DNA of 64,000 nt from Octopus vulgaris (Eukaryota). Made by a program: the position numbers and the translations under genes. Positions 12,701-25,690 of the stretch are shown here, in pieces (position 1 is the first letter of the stretch; every line of letters begins with the position of its first letter). Below the pieces are notes generated by a model that worked only from the letters and a program-made list of their open reading frames with translations, was not told the DNA's origin and searched no databases. The stretch covers positions 37,324,001 to 37,388,000 of the forward strand of contig OX597833.1 in assembly GCA_951406725.2 (NCBI GenBank), given 5' to 3'.

Positions 12701-13488
12701 CTTTTGTGTTTGTTTTTCAATTTGTAAATTAAAAATGATGGAGTAAAAAATGAGTTGTTGAATTATGTTATTTGTCAGCTAAGAAGATTTTCTTGTTGTT
12801 AAATTCTTACTGAATTCTGTTTGACTAGATATTAAAGATGGAAAGAAATGAACTGCTATAACTTTCCGTTATCTTTTCGACATTTTCATTTTGTACAGCT
12901 TTTCACATTTGCACAGTTTAGCTAGTAATTTACTTTATCTAAAGATTGCAATGAAAGAGGCATTCTACATATTAATTTAAAAGGCTGCTTTGCAACTATC
13001 CTGTCTTCACACATTCAGGCATGTCATCATTATCATCATCATCATTACCAGTCATTAGCAACAATAGCACTTTCTGCACAGGGCAAACAGTGAACAAAGT
13101 CAGAAACTACCATTCCAGAAGGGCTCTTTGTAAAATACCTACCAGTCTAAATGCATTGGAATCAGAGGATTCTATAAAAATTAAAAACATCAGATGATAA
13201 TAATAAAATGAAAACTGGCATTTAGGAATGGACCTAAATTTTGGGGTCATATATCTCACCAAAAAGTTCCTATTGTTTAGTTTCAAAGCAAAGCCACCTC
13301 CTGATGCTTCACAAAACATTGTCAGTCACATGACCTATTACAGGTGTCTAACACTTTTAAATATCTTTCACGGCCATTTTATTTTCTAATTATTTTAGAG
13401 TCACTAGGAGCAGTTGATTGTAAAAGTTGTTTGCATTAAACCAATAGATATTATGAAATAATTTTGTTGAGCCATATACAATTACATG

Positions 13489-13993
13489 CTGTAAATCCTC
13501 GAGTATAATCCGCATTTGTTACCCAAAATTTAATGGTCAAAATTCCTAGTGCGTACTATATACGAGGTTAAAAATGAAAAATATTTTCTAAGCAATGTCC
13601 GAGTCTCTATTTGCAGTCCGGCAATGTTTATTCAGACGCATTTTGTGATGTCAGGCACAAAAATACCTTAAGCTAAGCCTGAAAGCAATGAAGTCATAAA
13701 AGAATCATCCATAACTTGCAGTAAGCAACATTTATTAAAATAAAAGTATTCAGAACACAGAATAACATGTAACAAAAACAATTTGCAAACATATTTACAT
13801 TCTCATATAACAGTTAAGAACATCACCATTATTGTATTACGCATGTGCGGAAGTGTTTGTTTGACTAGGTGCTGCTAGCTTAATTACGCATGACTCAAGT
13901 TAGAGAAGGGGTGTGTATTATACACAAGGTTTAGGTTTTTCAGAGGTACAGTCCCCTAAAAATCCCCTGCGTATTATACTCAAGGATTTACGG
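13489..13993. mobile_element. Non-autonomous Tc2/pogo-like element
   Basis: About 26-bp TIRs (c[c/t]gtaaatcct[c/t]gagtataat.cgca), TA target, subterminal copies of gcgtattata. Confidence 0.8.
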
Positions 13994-14019
13994 TATGTAT
14001 GTGCAGGAGTGTGTGTGTA

Positions 14020-14252
14020 TCTTGTTTCAGTCATGCTGGAGCACCATCTTGAAGGGTTAAGATGAATAAATTGACCCCAATATTTAATTAAGACTGGTAC
14101 TTATTCTATTGATCTCCTTTTGGCAGGATATGTGTAAACAAACTAACACCTGTTGCCAAGTGGTGAAAGGGGGAAAAACACAAGCACCAAGACATACATG
14201 CATATATATAAATATATATATATATGTACGTGTGTGTGTATATATATGTACA

Positions 14253-14291
<39 letters not shown>

Positions 14292-14440
14292 AACTTTTAA
14301 TTTCCATCTACCACATCCTCACAAGGCTTTGGTCAGCCTGGTGCTATAGTTGAAGACACTTGCCCAAGTCACCATGCAGAAGGACTGAACCTGGAACTTT
14401 GTGGTTGGGAACAAATTTCTTACCACACAGCCATGCCTGC
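14020..14440 (-). mobile_element. SINE family A, degraded (fragments also at 7975-8130 and 27970-28090)
   Basis: Recognisable catgctggagcacc...gaagacacttgcccaag...accacacagcca blocks. Confidence 0.75.
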
Positions 14441-14665
14441 ATACACAAAAGCATGTGCACACATACACATACTTTTATGTTTAGAAATGCACACAAGAAA
14501 GAGGGTACTCAATCTGGGTACTTGTTTATTTGTGTAAAATCAATGATTCTCTCCACCAGACTAAATTTCTTTTCATTACAACTTGAATGCATAAAACCAT
14601 GCCAAACTTCATTTAGCTATGTGTAAATCATCAATTTAAATGAAAATGCATATATATATATATAT

Positions 14666-14856
14666 AACGGGAAGGTTTACGAAAATAAACAAAAGACGAA
14701 GGCAGGTGGAGTACAAACAAACGATGTATTAGTATGGCACTCAGGAATAGAAATAAAGCAAGTCTTTTACGTTTCGAGCCTACGCTCTTCAACAGAAAGA
14801 TACACAGAAAAGAAATAAGGAGAGAAAAAAATTGCGTGTAGGGGCTAACGATCCAT
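14666..14856 (-). repeat. (TA)n-inserted short repeat with minimal hammerhead-like core; degraded copy at 5020-5160 (+)
   Basis: - strand reads TTGAAGA-GCGTAGGCTC-GAAACGTA; homologous blocks present in both copies. Confidence 0.6.
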
Positions 14857-15610
14857 GCATACATACATGTAATTGGTGATGATGTTTTTTAAAAACAGAG
14901 TTACAGTTGGTAAGAAAAATACCCTAATGTTAAACAAGTACATATTGTTTAATTTAGTGAAATATAAAAAAGATAGTGTTAATCAGTTAAAATGTACAGA
15001 AGGTGTTTCAAACTGAAACATTCAGAGTTGTCACACTCACTCACTATTGCATGTCTCTAATGTTTAATCAATTCAAATTTAGGAGTTCTCTCCCCTGACC
15101 TCCTTAAAAAAGACTGTTATGAACACTGATGATGTTTTTTATTACAGGTGTAATTTCAGTAATTTAAGTGTGCTTAACAAGAGATAGGATAGATTGAGTA
15201 TGACTGGTTGGATACTTTAAACAGATTACAAGTTGTGTTATGACTTCAATCTACCATGAGTTTTGTTTCAGAGAGAGAGAGGGGGGGTGTACATCTGTAC
15301 AATGTATCGTATTCTGTTTGCATCATTTGTTTAGCTGTCAAATATAGCAACATTTTGGGGTTTTATGTCCACCTGGAAAATGTGTCCTAAATAAGTTTGA
15401 TTTCAAAATCTTTTAGATACTCTATCTATAAGATCATGAAAAATTGCCTCCAATTTGTTGAATCTAGAAATGTAAGAGAATAGTTTTTTTATCTAATTAT
15501 ATCATATATGGCAAACCTAATTTAATTTAGATTTTTGCCAAAAAAATAGACTTCCATTCCTGGCTATTAGAAAATTTTGTATTTTTGTCATAAATTTATT
15601 TACTCATTAA

Positions 15611-15797
15611 CCATTTAGCATTCAGATTGCTCTATCAAGTATAAGGCTTATTTGTATTTAATTAACCATGCATTATCTCATAGCTTCGATATTTTGATGA
15701 TTGTATATTTTTAGAATGACATTGTACAGTAGGTGTGGGAGCCTGGATCTGGCTGGTTTGAACATAAACAGATATGGACGGTTTAAATGCTAAAGGG
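15611..15797. mobile_element. piggyBac-like MITE (a second left end at about 63143-63190 is cut by an RTE)
   Basis: TTAA|cc(a/c)tttagcatt...aatgctaaaggg|TTAg. Confidence 0.7.
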
Positions 15798-18114
15798 TTA
15801 GACATGTAATCTCTCAAAAATAATTCTTTTCTATAGAGATAGCAAAGGTGGAAATATGCTAGACTATTTATTGTGTATTTAGATTCTTAGCTCTACATTA
15901 TACTCAATAAGTTACGTAGCAAATAGAGATCTTAATAAACTAATAAGCCTTGAAGCTAGCAACCAGGTTGTAGCACACTGAAAACCTATGACCCCAGTGA
16001 TATTATTATAAAACATTTTTGAATATTGGAATAGATTACTATTGATTCTAGGCCTCTCACTTCCAACAGTTGATCGTATCTAATTTTCAAATAAAATCAT
16101 TATTGTATTTGGGTATGGGCTAAAGCTAGAGGAAAATTAGATAAGGTGGAAAATCAAGTACAAGTGAGTTAAGAGTGACTGGACATTAAAAGCCCCAATC
16201 ACTATGCATGAAAGATAACTCTGGTGGTGTGGAAATTTGAAATAAGTAGTGTGAAAAATGCCATATGCTTACGGTGAAAATTACACATGACTTCAAAGGA
16301 ATTGGTGAAGCGAGTCATATCTCAGAGATATTTATTGTCACGGATGAAATGAAACATCAAAACAAGTTGCAATATGTCTTATTTGGGATCCATTCAATCT
16401 ATTCTAGCATGGAAAAATGGACATTAAAGCAATGATGATCATTATGAACATTGTCATCATCATTATTACAGAGCAGTGGAGGAGAAGACCTGGTAGAGCC
16501 CTTGTACTTTAAAACTTGGCATGATTCTCCATTTCTGATGGGGTTGGCTCTAAAGAAGTCATTTGAAAATCAGTTATATTTTTTTATGTTTTTTTCCAAA
16601 AAGATGCATGAATTCTTCAGTAAGAAGCTGTTTTAGAGTCTGGTGGTCAGCAAGATCAACATTTCCATTTGAATAACACATTGCATTTATCACATTTCCA
16701 TTTATTGGTTACAAACTTGTTACTAATTTTAGATATGGTACAAATTGAAATGTTTTCCAGAAGTGTAGTCACAATCCAAAACCATGGTTGATGGCACCTT
16801 TTTTTTTTTTCTACAACTAGTGTGTATGACCAAGATCTAATCTCTGTTTATCTTGATTATGAGCTTTTTGCCTGATATTGCTATATGGTGTCTATCTGCA
16901 ACTTCTTTGGCAACATTCTGTTAAAAGTGGACTTGTCATTCATCAGGCATCTCCAACTGCCTCTAGACAGCTTGTCTGGTTGCATTCTGTTTACAGCTAG
17001 TTTCACTTTCACTATCAGCTAGTTTTTGCAAGCTGCATTCCTGGCAGCATTAGCTTGCTTTCTTTGTTGAAGCTGTTAATTTATGTCTGCTGTCCTTAGA
17101 GCCCACTTGCATTTGGCACATAGGTTGGGCACATCATTTTTATGGCATCATTGATGGAAACAAATTATTAACAAAGCAATTGAACGCAAGTATCCTTTCC
17201 TGTAATAACCAATGAGGAAAAAAAAAACTTTTATAAAGAAAAAGAACAATCAAGGGGTTAGGCAAACTGATATAGAATGAAAATATTACTTTCTGGTGCT
17301 GACCTGTGACTTATAAGGTTAAAGAGAAATTGTGAAATGTGATTTCAGAAAAGTAAGATGCAGAGGAGTCAAGTGACAGAACATATGGAAATGTAAATAA
17401 CAATTTAAAAAAAATAAAACTTGATGTCAATTCTCTGGAAACACTGACAAAATTTTATGAAGAGTAATAAGTGTTGAGAGAGGGAGAAGGAGAAATAATG
17501 TAAGTATAATCATGAGAGAGAGAAATACTTAATGGTTGTTGTAATTTTTCTTCCAGTTTCTTTGTTTTTACCTTTTTTTTCTACTTGTATTTTAGACACT
17601 AAGAATTATTTTTTTTTGAGGAAGTGTAAGCATTGAGAGAAGGGAAGAAAGCATTTGTAATAAACAGCAGTCAATAAGGGAAACAAAGTTGTATGAAAGA
17701 GAAAGAATATATGAAGAATGGGATAAGTAAAGCATAGAGTGTTAAGATTGACATCAGTTGGAGGTAAATAGGACATGCACTCAAACTCGTATATGTACAC
17801 ACACACATGCATACAATTTCACATGCTAGAAGTTTCAAGACTGTTTTAGGAGAGGCAGTTAATATAACTCTCCTAGATTATAGTATTTTTAATACATCAT
17901 TACTATACATCTAATAAGCTAACCCACCAACTTTTGTTATTCCACACTGAAGAAGATGGCTGTAACTGCTAAGCATTGCAGTGATGATTCTTCCAGCTCA
18001 CTGCCGTGGTAATAACAACAATATTGGTATATAGTATACAGGCAGTTTAAACAAATAAGAATAATAAGTCAAACTTGTGTTATTGTAAACTGGATAATTA
18101 AGATTGAGTAAAGT

Positions 18115-18780
18115 CATATTCATCATCATTTAACATCCTCTTTCCATGTTAGCGTGGGTTGGACAGTTTTATATGAGCTGGCAAACCAGAGAGCTGTGTC
18201 GAGCTCTGTTGCCAGTTTTGGCATGGTTTCTATGGCTTGATGCCTTTCCTAGTACCAACCACTTTACAGAATGTACTGGGTGCTTTTTACGTGGCACCAG
18301 CACTGGGAGAGTCACCAAGTACCTCACAAGACAAGGCAAAGTCTCCTCAGCTGGGGGGAGTAGTATTGAAGGAGGTGACTTTGTGCCAGTTGATGAGAGG
18401 TTAAAAGAATAACAGAGAGATTAAAAAGGGGTCTTGCTGTAGAAGAGATACAAGGATGTCTCAGTTGGAGAGGAAGGAGACTTAGAGAGAAAGATAAAGA
18501 TGGCAAGAGTGAGAGAAGTGGTGGTAGATATGTCAGGGCACAGTGAAGTGATGGGGAACGGAAAAGTCTTATAAGAATGAGGGGAGATGGAATAGAGGGG
18601 TCTCTAGTAATTGAAGGTGACCAGTATAGGAGTGTCTCAGGAGGGAGAAGTGTATGTTAGATATGTGAGGACATTGAGAGAGATAAGATATGAAAGCGGT
18701 GTAAGGATGGATGGAGTCTAGCAGAGAAAAGGAGCAACTATTGTAAATATGATACCAAAATGTAAATACTGGACATCTGT
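18115..18780 (-). mobile_element. RTE 3' UTR relic
   Basis: Same terminus and purine-rich block as 23455 and 56338. Confidence 0.65.
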
Positions 18781-18984
18781 AATAACGGATGGACATGACA
18801 CTACTTTTCTACATGGTGCTTTAATATAAGAAAATTCCCAAACAAGTCACAATAGACCAATGAACAATCCAATTATCAGTGCAGTAAAACTCATTTACTC
18901 ATTCCCAGAATACTCCTCAGATAAATATGGCACACACTAGAGGAGCTGAATAAGTGGTCAAGACTAACATAATTACAGCAACTC

Positions 18985-19545
18985 TTCTCCGTGGAAAAAT
19001 TTCTTACTGCAGATAATAAGGTGTAAATGCAACAAATCAGTTCTAAGTACCTTCTAACTAGACTGATAGATGCTTGTATTTCAGGGTGGTTATCTCCTCT
19101 TCAGCATTAGATGAAGGTTTGTCAACAGCAAGAAATTTTTCTCTATGACAAAATACAGGGATTGACTTCCATACAAGTTCAAATACACCTCAACCAGATT
19201 TGAACTGGTAACAAGTTTGTGCTTATACAAACTTAGCACTTCTATTCTGTATGATGGGAATATATTAAGAGATTTACATCTCTTATCAGTTTGTAGAGTT
19301 CCCCTTTCTGGTATCTGATGCTGAAGAGGAGATAACCACTCAGAAGTGCATCCATCCATCAATCTAGTTAGAGCTGTGAACTGACTTGCTATGTTTACAC
19401 CTATTTCTCAACAGCAAGAAATTTTCTCCATAACAAAACACAGTGAATGGGTTTCCTATGGGTTCAAATATATGCATCAAGGATATTTGAACTAGTAACA
19501 AGTTTGACTTTATACAGACCACTACTTAGTGCTTCTACTCTGTAC
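18985..19545. repeat. Composite inverted + direct repeat (Penelope pseudo-LTR-like)
   Basis: Inverted 18991-19112 / 19312-19430; direct 19121-19252 / 19408-19543; contains gatgCTGAAGAggagataaccac(t/c)c.GAA. Confidence 0.65.
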
Positions 19546-19552
19546 TATATAT

Positions 19553-19588
<36 letters not shown>

Positions 19589-19596
19589 ATATATAT

Positions 19597-20545
19597 CATC
19601 ATCATCGTTTAACGTCCGTTTTCCATGCTAGCATGGGTTGGATGGTTCGACTGGGGTCTGGGAAGCCAGGAGGCTGCGCCAGGCTCCAGTTTGATCTGGC
19701 AGTGTTTCTAAAGCTGGATGCCCTTCCTACTGCCAACCACTCCGAGAGTGTAGTGGGTGCTTTTTACGTGCCACTGGTACAGGGGCCAGTAGAGGCTGGC
19801 AAATGGCCACAATCGGTTGGTGTGTTTTATGTGTCACCAACACAGGCAGCGCTGGCATCAGCCACATTTGGATAGTGCTTTTTATGTGCCACCGGCACAG
19901 ATATCTTAACTACAATTTCCATTTGATTTATATTTTGATGTTGGTGTTGACGTCCTTGACTCAATAGGTCTCCCCAAGAACAGCAGGTCACTCTACAATC
20001 CAAGATTAGCACAGCAGGCCATCCTGCGAGCCATGAACTCACTTCATTTGTCAAGTCTTCACAGTCACAGCATATCTCAGAGGTCTTGGTCTTTGTCATT
20101 TCCTCGGTGAGGCCCAACATATCCATTTGATTTTTATTTTGATGTTGATGTACTTGACACAATAGGTCTCCTCAAGCACATCAGGTTGCCCTATGAACCA
20201 AGGTTTGCACAGCAGACCATCCTGTCGGGGCTTCTAAGTCACAGCATATCTCCAGAGGTCTCGGTCTTTCGTCATAGCCTCTGTGAGGCCCAACGTACAA
20301 AGGTCATGCTTGACCACCTCATCCCATGTCTTCCTGGGTCTACCTCTACCCGGGATTCCTTCAACAGTTTGGGAGTGGCACTTCTTCACACATCTCTCCT
20401 CATCCATCCATAATACATGACCATACCAACGCAAACGTCTCTCCTGCACGCCACATCTGATGCTTCTTATGTCCAACATTTCTCTCAGGGCACTTACACT
20501 CTGTTGTGCATGGACACTGACATTACACATCCAGCAGATCATGCC
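19597..20545 (-). mobile_element. RTE LINE 3' end (ORF C-terminus, 3' UTR, (GAT)n tail), partly duplicated
   Basis: ERRLRWYGHVLWMDEE...GRGRPRKTWDEVVKHDL...DRDLWR; segment 19916-20120 repeats as 20120-20310. Confidence 0.88.
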
Positions 20546-21054
20546 AGAAGAGACTGAATGGAAGGGAGATAATAACAGTGACCCAGCTGAACAAATCTGC
20601 TCAAAAGCGCGTGTGTATGTGAGAATGATGTGTGTGTATATATGAATGGGGGTGAGTATTTGAATATGTATGTTTGATCTTCTGTGTGCAAGCGAGGCAC
20701 AAATTTTGTTGCAATTTTTTGCTCAAAATTTGCTGGCAAGTGCTCCAGGACTTGATGTATGAGGTATCTAAAGATTCAGTAATCTTTTGTCTACCAGAGA
20801 AAATATGTTTTTTGCACAACAAATCCTTTTTACTATAAAAATAACCTTGAAAACAGGGTTGCATCGCACAATTTTGAAGTCTTTAGCTAAGGGAGGCAAC
20901 TCTGCCAGACACAATACTTGATTTAACATCAAATGTAAACACACAAACACATATTAGGTGCAACTACATTGATACCCATTCAGTCCCTCTGCATGGTAAC
21001 CTGGGCGAGTGTTTTCTACTATAGACCTAGGCCAACCAGTGATTTGTGACCATT

Positions 21055-21302
21055 TGGGCTCTCCTACCAAAGGTTGTAGCATTCACATCTCTCACCACAC
21101 CATCCATATATAAATTAAACAGCCTTGGAGACATCGCACAACCGTGTCTTAAACCCACCTTCACATCAAACCACTCACTTACTTCACCACTCACCCTAAC
21201 GCATGCCCTACTTTCTCTATAAAAACTCTGTACAGCTCTCAACAATCCACCATCTACTCCATACAACTGCAACACCTGCCACATGGCATCCCTATCCACA
21301 CA
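21055..21302 (-). mobile_element. Isolated RTE reverse transcriptase fragment of a distinct lineage
   Basis: Uninterrupted VDRDAMWQVLQLYGVDGGLLRAVQSFYRESRACVRV...GLRHGCAMSPRLFNLYMD. Confidence 0.85.
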
Positions 21303-21894
21303 GACCTTCTCTTAAAATGGAGGGGCTGAAATTCTAACGGGGAAGGGGCATGGGCTAAGCATGTCATAGCTCTGCTGTGGCTATGTGCCTACCATACACA
21401 TATGCATACATACAATTCACCCTAAAAATACAAGCAATGCTGACCCAAGCAATTTTGGATGAATAATGGGTTTATTCTTTTAGTAGCTTGTGTCGCTAAA
21501 GTGTAGAAAGTATGTTTTTACTTTTTAAAGAGCATTTTTATGAAAATGTTTTTTTAATTTCAGGGAGACCACCATCATGGAATGTCATAGTATAGGATGT
21601 GACTTCCTTGAATGTGGGGCCCGATTCAGAGCAATTGGTCCAATTGGCTTAAGGCCAATATATAGATATATATTCAGTTGCAGGATTTGTAGAATCTAGG
21701 TATTTCAATGTGTAGGATGTCAGGAAAGACCAGGTACCAGTCTTGCAATATTCAGTGGTGTACTACAAGTCTGTACATCTACATCTGCATATCTATCCAT
21801 ATATAAGCACACATAGACAAATGTATACTTACATATATAAGTACCTGATTCATACAAACTGTAGAGCCAACCTAGGGGTGGTTCCAAGTGTAGC

Positions 21895-22160
21895 GTGTAT
21901 ATAAAAGAACACAAATATCTGTTTCAGCAGCATTTTATTGATGATCTCTTAGATAACATCATAACAAAAATCTGCCATTTTCAGAGGATTCTAAACAAAT
22001 AGAGTGGTAAAGTAGTGAAGTACCTTATCACTCTGTTTGTTTCTTTAAGATCACCTGAAGATGGCAGATTTTTGCTATGATGTAATCTAAGAATTCATAA
22101 ATAAAATGCTGCTGAAACAGCTGTTATAAATTTTAAACCCCATTTGTGTTATTTTATACA
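21895..22160. repeat. Fold-back element with hammerhead-like motif (Penelope-like terminal relic)
   Basis: Arms 21919-22010 and 22025-22120; CTGAAGAT-GGCAG...CTGCT-GAAACAGCTGTT at 22055-22125. Confidence 0.7.
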
Positions 22161-22168
22161 CACACACA

Positions 22169-23389
22169 CACGAGGTGAAATCAAAAATTGTCTGCACTTT
22201 TGCCATAACATATCTTTATTATTGTCACACTGCCTTCTGCACATGTGTGCTTATAGTTAGTACTATTGTGGTTACGTGATCAAAGTTTGAGACTGATCAT
22301 ACCACTTTTCTTTCTGGCTTTACAGTGTAATCATGGCCACTCCAATAGCAATGTGCACCAAAGAAGAACAAAGAGTAGTGATCCAATTTCTCTGGTCGGA
22401 AGGTGTTTCAGGTGCTGATATTCCTCGTAAGCACAATACAGGGACAGTGTACTGCTGCATAAAAGTGTGTATGAGTGGATCAAGAGGTTTAAAAATGGCC
22501 AATCAAGCATGACGCACAAAGAGGGAGCAAGACGTCCATCAAGCTCCACCACTGATGAGAAGATTCAGCAAGCTTGAGAGATGATAATGGTGAACCAGTG
22601 AGTTATCATCGATGAGGTAGCTTGTTCTCTGCAGATTAATTATGGTTCTGTCTATCAAATTATCCACAAAGTCTGTGCAAGATGGGTTCCAAGAGAGCCT
22701 ATGCAGAACACAAGCACAAACGTTTTGAAGGTAAAGAATTTTTGAGCAGAAGTCACAGGAAATGAAATGTGGGTCTACGTTATAAGGCAGAATCCAAAAG
22801 ACAGTGTATGGAGTGGAAACATCCTGGGTTGCCAGTGATGAAGAAATTCAAGACCCAGTCTTCCATGAGAAAGGTGATGCTAACCCGTTTTTGGGACTCA
22901 AAAGGGTCTAGACTAGAAGACTACCTGGAAAAGGTGTGTATGGTCTACAATGCTTTGCTGTCCAACAAACTGATGCCAGCAATTCACACCAAATGCCGAA
23001 GCCTATTATCGAAGAAAGTTTTGCTGTTGCATGACAACACACGGCTGCCCAGACCATTGAAATCATTAACCAATTCGGTTTTGGGTTGCTGGAACACCCT
23101 GCCTACAGCTCAGATCTTGCCCCTTCCAACTATCATATCTTTGGCCCACTCAAAGATGGTTTACAAGGTTGTTGATTTCCTATGGATAATGTGAAGGAAA
23201 CAGTACATAAATGGTTACATGATTAACTGGAAACCTTCTTCTTGGAAGGAATACACAAGCTTGTGGACCACTGGACAAAGTGCATTGAAAAGGAAGGAGA
23301 CTATATAGAAAAATGACATACTTGTTTATCCCCTGCTTTTGTGTAAATACATTGAAAAAACAAGAGCTTGTATAATTTTTGACTCTCTC

Positions 23390-23392
<3 letters not shown>
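22169..23392 (+). mobile_element. Full-length mariner (DD34D) element with pseudogenised transposase (about 22333-23316)
   Basis: TIRs cacgagg..tcaaaaatt / aatttttgactctctcgtg; motifs WVPRE, EWKHPG, HDN, SDLAPSNY, with frameshifts and stops. Confidence 0.9.
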
Positions 23393-23427
<35 letters not shown>

Positions 23428-23454
23428 GTGTATATGGTGTATGTGCATATATCC

Positions 23455-25690
23455 TCATCATAATATGTCTGTTTTCCATGCTGGGATGGGTTCGGTGGTT
23501 TAATAAAAGCTGGCAAGTTAGAGGGCTCTGCCAGACCCTATCGTCTGTTTCAGTATAGTTTCTATGGCTGAATGCGCTACCTAATGCTAACCACTTTACA
23601 GAGTGTACTGGGCACTCTTTTTAAGGCACTAGCATTGTTGGGGGTCACCAAATAACTTGCAGGACAAGACGAAGTCCTCTCAACTGGGAAAAGGTTGCTT
23701 TGTGTAAGTTGATAAGAGGTTAGAGGGGTAGAGATGGCTACCTTGCTGTAAAGGATATCCCAGATGGAACAGGAGGGAGGAAAGAGAGAGGTGGCAGGAG
23801 TGAGAGAGATGGTGATGGATATGTCAGGATACACCCTCAAGGTACTCTCTTTACTCTTTTACTTGTTTCAGTCATTTGACTGCGGCCATGCTGGAGCACC
23901 GCCTTTAGTCGAGCAAATTGACCCCGGAACTTATTCTTTGTAAGCCCAGTACTTATTCTATTGGTCTCTTTTGCCAAACCGCTAAGTGACAGGGATGTAA
24001 ACACACCAGCATCGGTTGTCAAGCAATGCTAGGGGGACAAACACAGACACACAAACATATACACACACACTTATATATATATATACATATATATGACAGG
24101 CTTCTTTCAGTTTCCGTCTACCAAATCCACTCACAAGGCATTGGTCAGCCCGGGGCTATAACAGAAGACACTTGCCCAAGATGCCACACAGTGGGACTGA
24201 ACCCGGAACCATGTGGTTGGTTAGCAAGCTACTTACCACACAGCCACTCCTGCGCCTACAGTGGTGACTATAGGTGAAGTGATATAGATTATTGGACTGG
24301 ATGAGTGTTCAGGAGGCACAGAAGGGAAAATTTCATAAGAATGTAAGGAGAGAGGGTTAGATGGGATAGCAGTGACTCTAGTAATTGAAGGTGAGAGATA
24401 TAGGAATGGTTCAGGGCAGGGGTTATGTTAGATATGCGAGGGGATTGGGAGTGATAGGGGATAAAGGAGATGTTAAGGATGTATAGTAGCGAGGAGGGAG
24501 TGTGGCTGGAAGAAGGTAATGAGAAATGGAGGTGGTACTAAAGATGAAGTATAGCAAAGGAGAGAGAACATGGCTGGAAAAAGATAAAGAAAGATAATAG
24601 AAGTGGTTGGAAAGAGGAAGGTAATGAAAGGAAGAGGATGTGGAGCCTATTCTGCTCTCAGGTGATTATGGTAGCCAAATAATACTATAGATAAAGAAGT
24701 GATGAGTGTTAGGGAATGAGATGTGAGGGAAACTTGGAGGGATGATGAGAATGGAAGCGGGATGGTTTTAGGATATCAGTTCTGTTGTAGTGGATGGATC
24801 TTCTCAAGCACAGCAAGGTGCCAGATATCTTATTCCTTTGTCATCTCCTTCATAAGGCTCGGAATCTTGAGACCAACCTTCAATATTTCATCTCATGTTT
24901 TCCTGGGTCTGCCTCTTCCATGGCTTCTCTCCACTTTCAGTGATTGACATGCCTAACATTTTTCTCAATACACTAGTGTTTTGTTGCACATTTACACTGA
25001 CACTGCACATTCAGTGGAGCATACTAGCTTCTTCTTTAATCTTTGCATGTTGTCTGCATTCAAGGTCCATGTCTTATTACTATGTAGCATTGTTGTTTGT
25101 ACACGTCTCACATAACCTTACTTTCACTTAGAGAGAGAGAGAGACCTGTGTTTACCAATACAGGTGAAATCTGAACTTTTTCCATTCTATTCTTATTCTA
25201 ACAATCACACTTTTTGTACATCATCCTCCACTGCTAATTTGGTCATATAGGTTGCAGAAAATTATCTATAACCTCTAGAAAGCCTCTGGTATATTTGAGA
25301 AAATCAATTTCCCATGTACCTGTTGACTTTATGGCTCCTGTGTATCCTCCACACATACACACACTACTTTCTCTGTTAATCCTCCTGTGGTTCCACTGAA
25401 TCTTTTGTAGGTCCATAGGTTGCTCTAAGTACATTGAATGGAGTTCCTACCCACACCTTTTCTATATTTGAGCAATGCCTTTTACCTGAAGTGGGTAGGG
25501 TCCTGTCTGTTATCATGCTTATTTGGTCTTTGTTAAGTTAACTTTAAGGCTGTTCAATTCCAGGTCTTGTTTCCGTACCTGGAGTTTCTTTCCTAATTTT
25601 GTTGAGAGCAAGATCATCAGCATATAGTAGCTCTCATGGGCAGCCAGACTTAAATTCCTGTTATGGCCTGGAGGATGATGATGAAAAATA
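23455..25690 (-). mobile_element. Old RTE LINE relic with long purine-skewed 3' UTR
   Basis: Same (CAT)n...ttccatgct...gggtt terminus; homologous to 56338-58110 and 18115-18780. Confidence 0.7.
23845..24256 (-). mobile_element. SINE family A, full length, inserted in an RTE relic
   Basis: Near-perfect reverse complement of the family A consensus. Confidence 0.9.
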
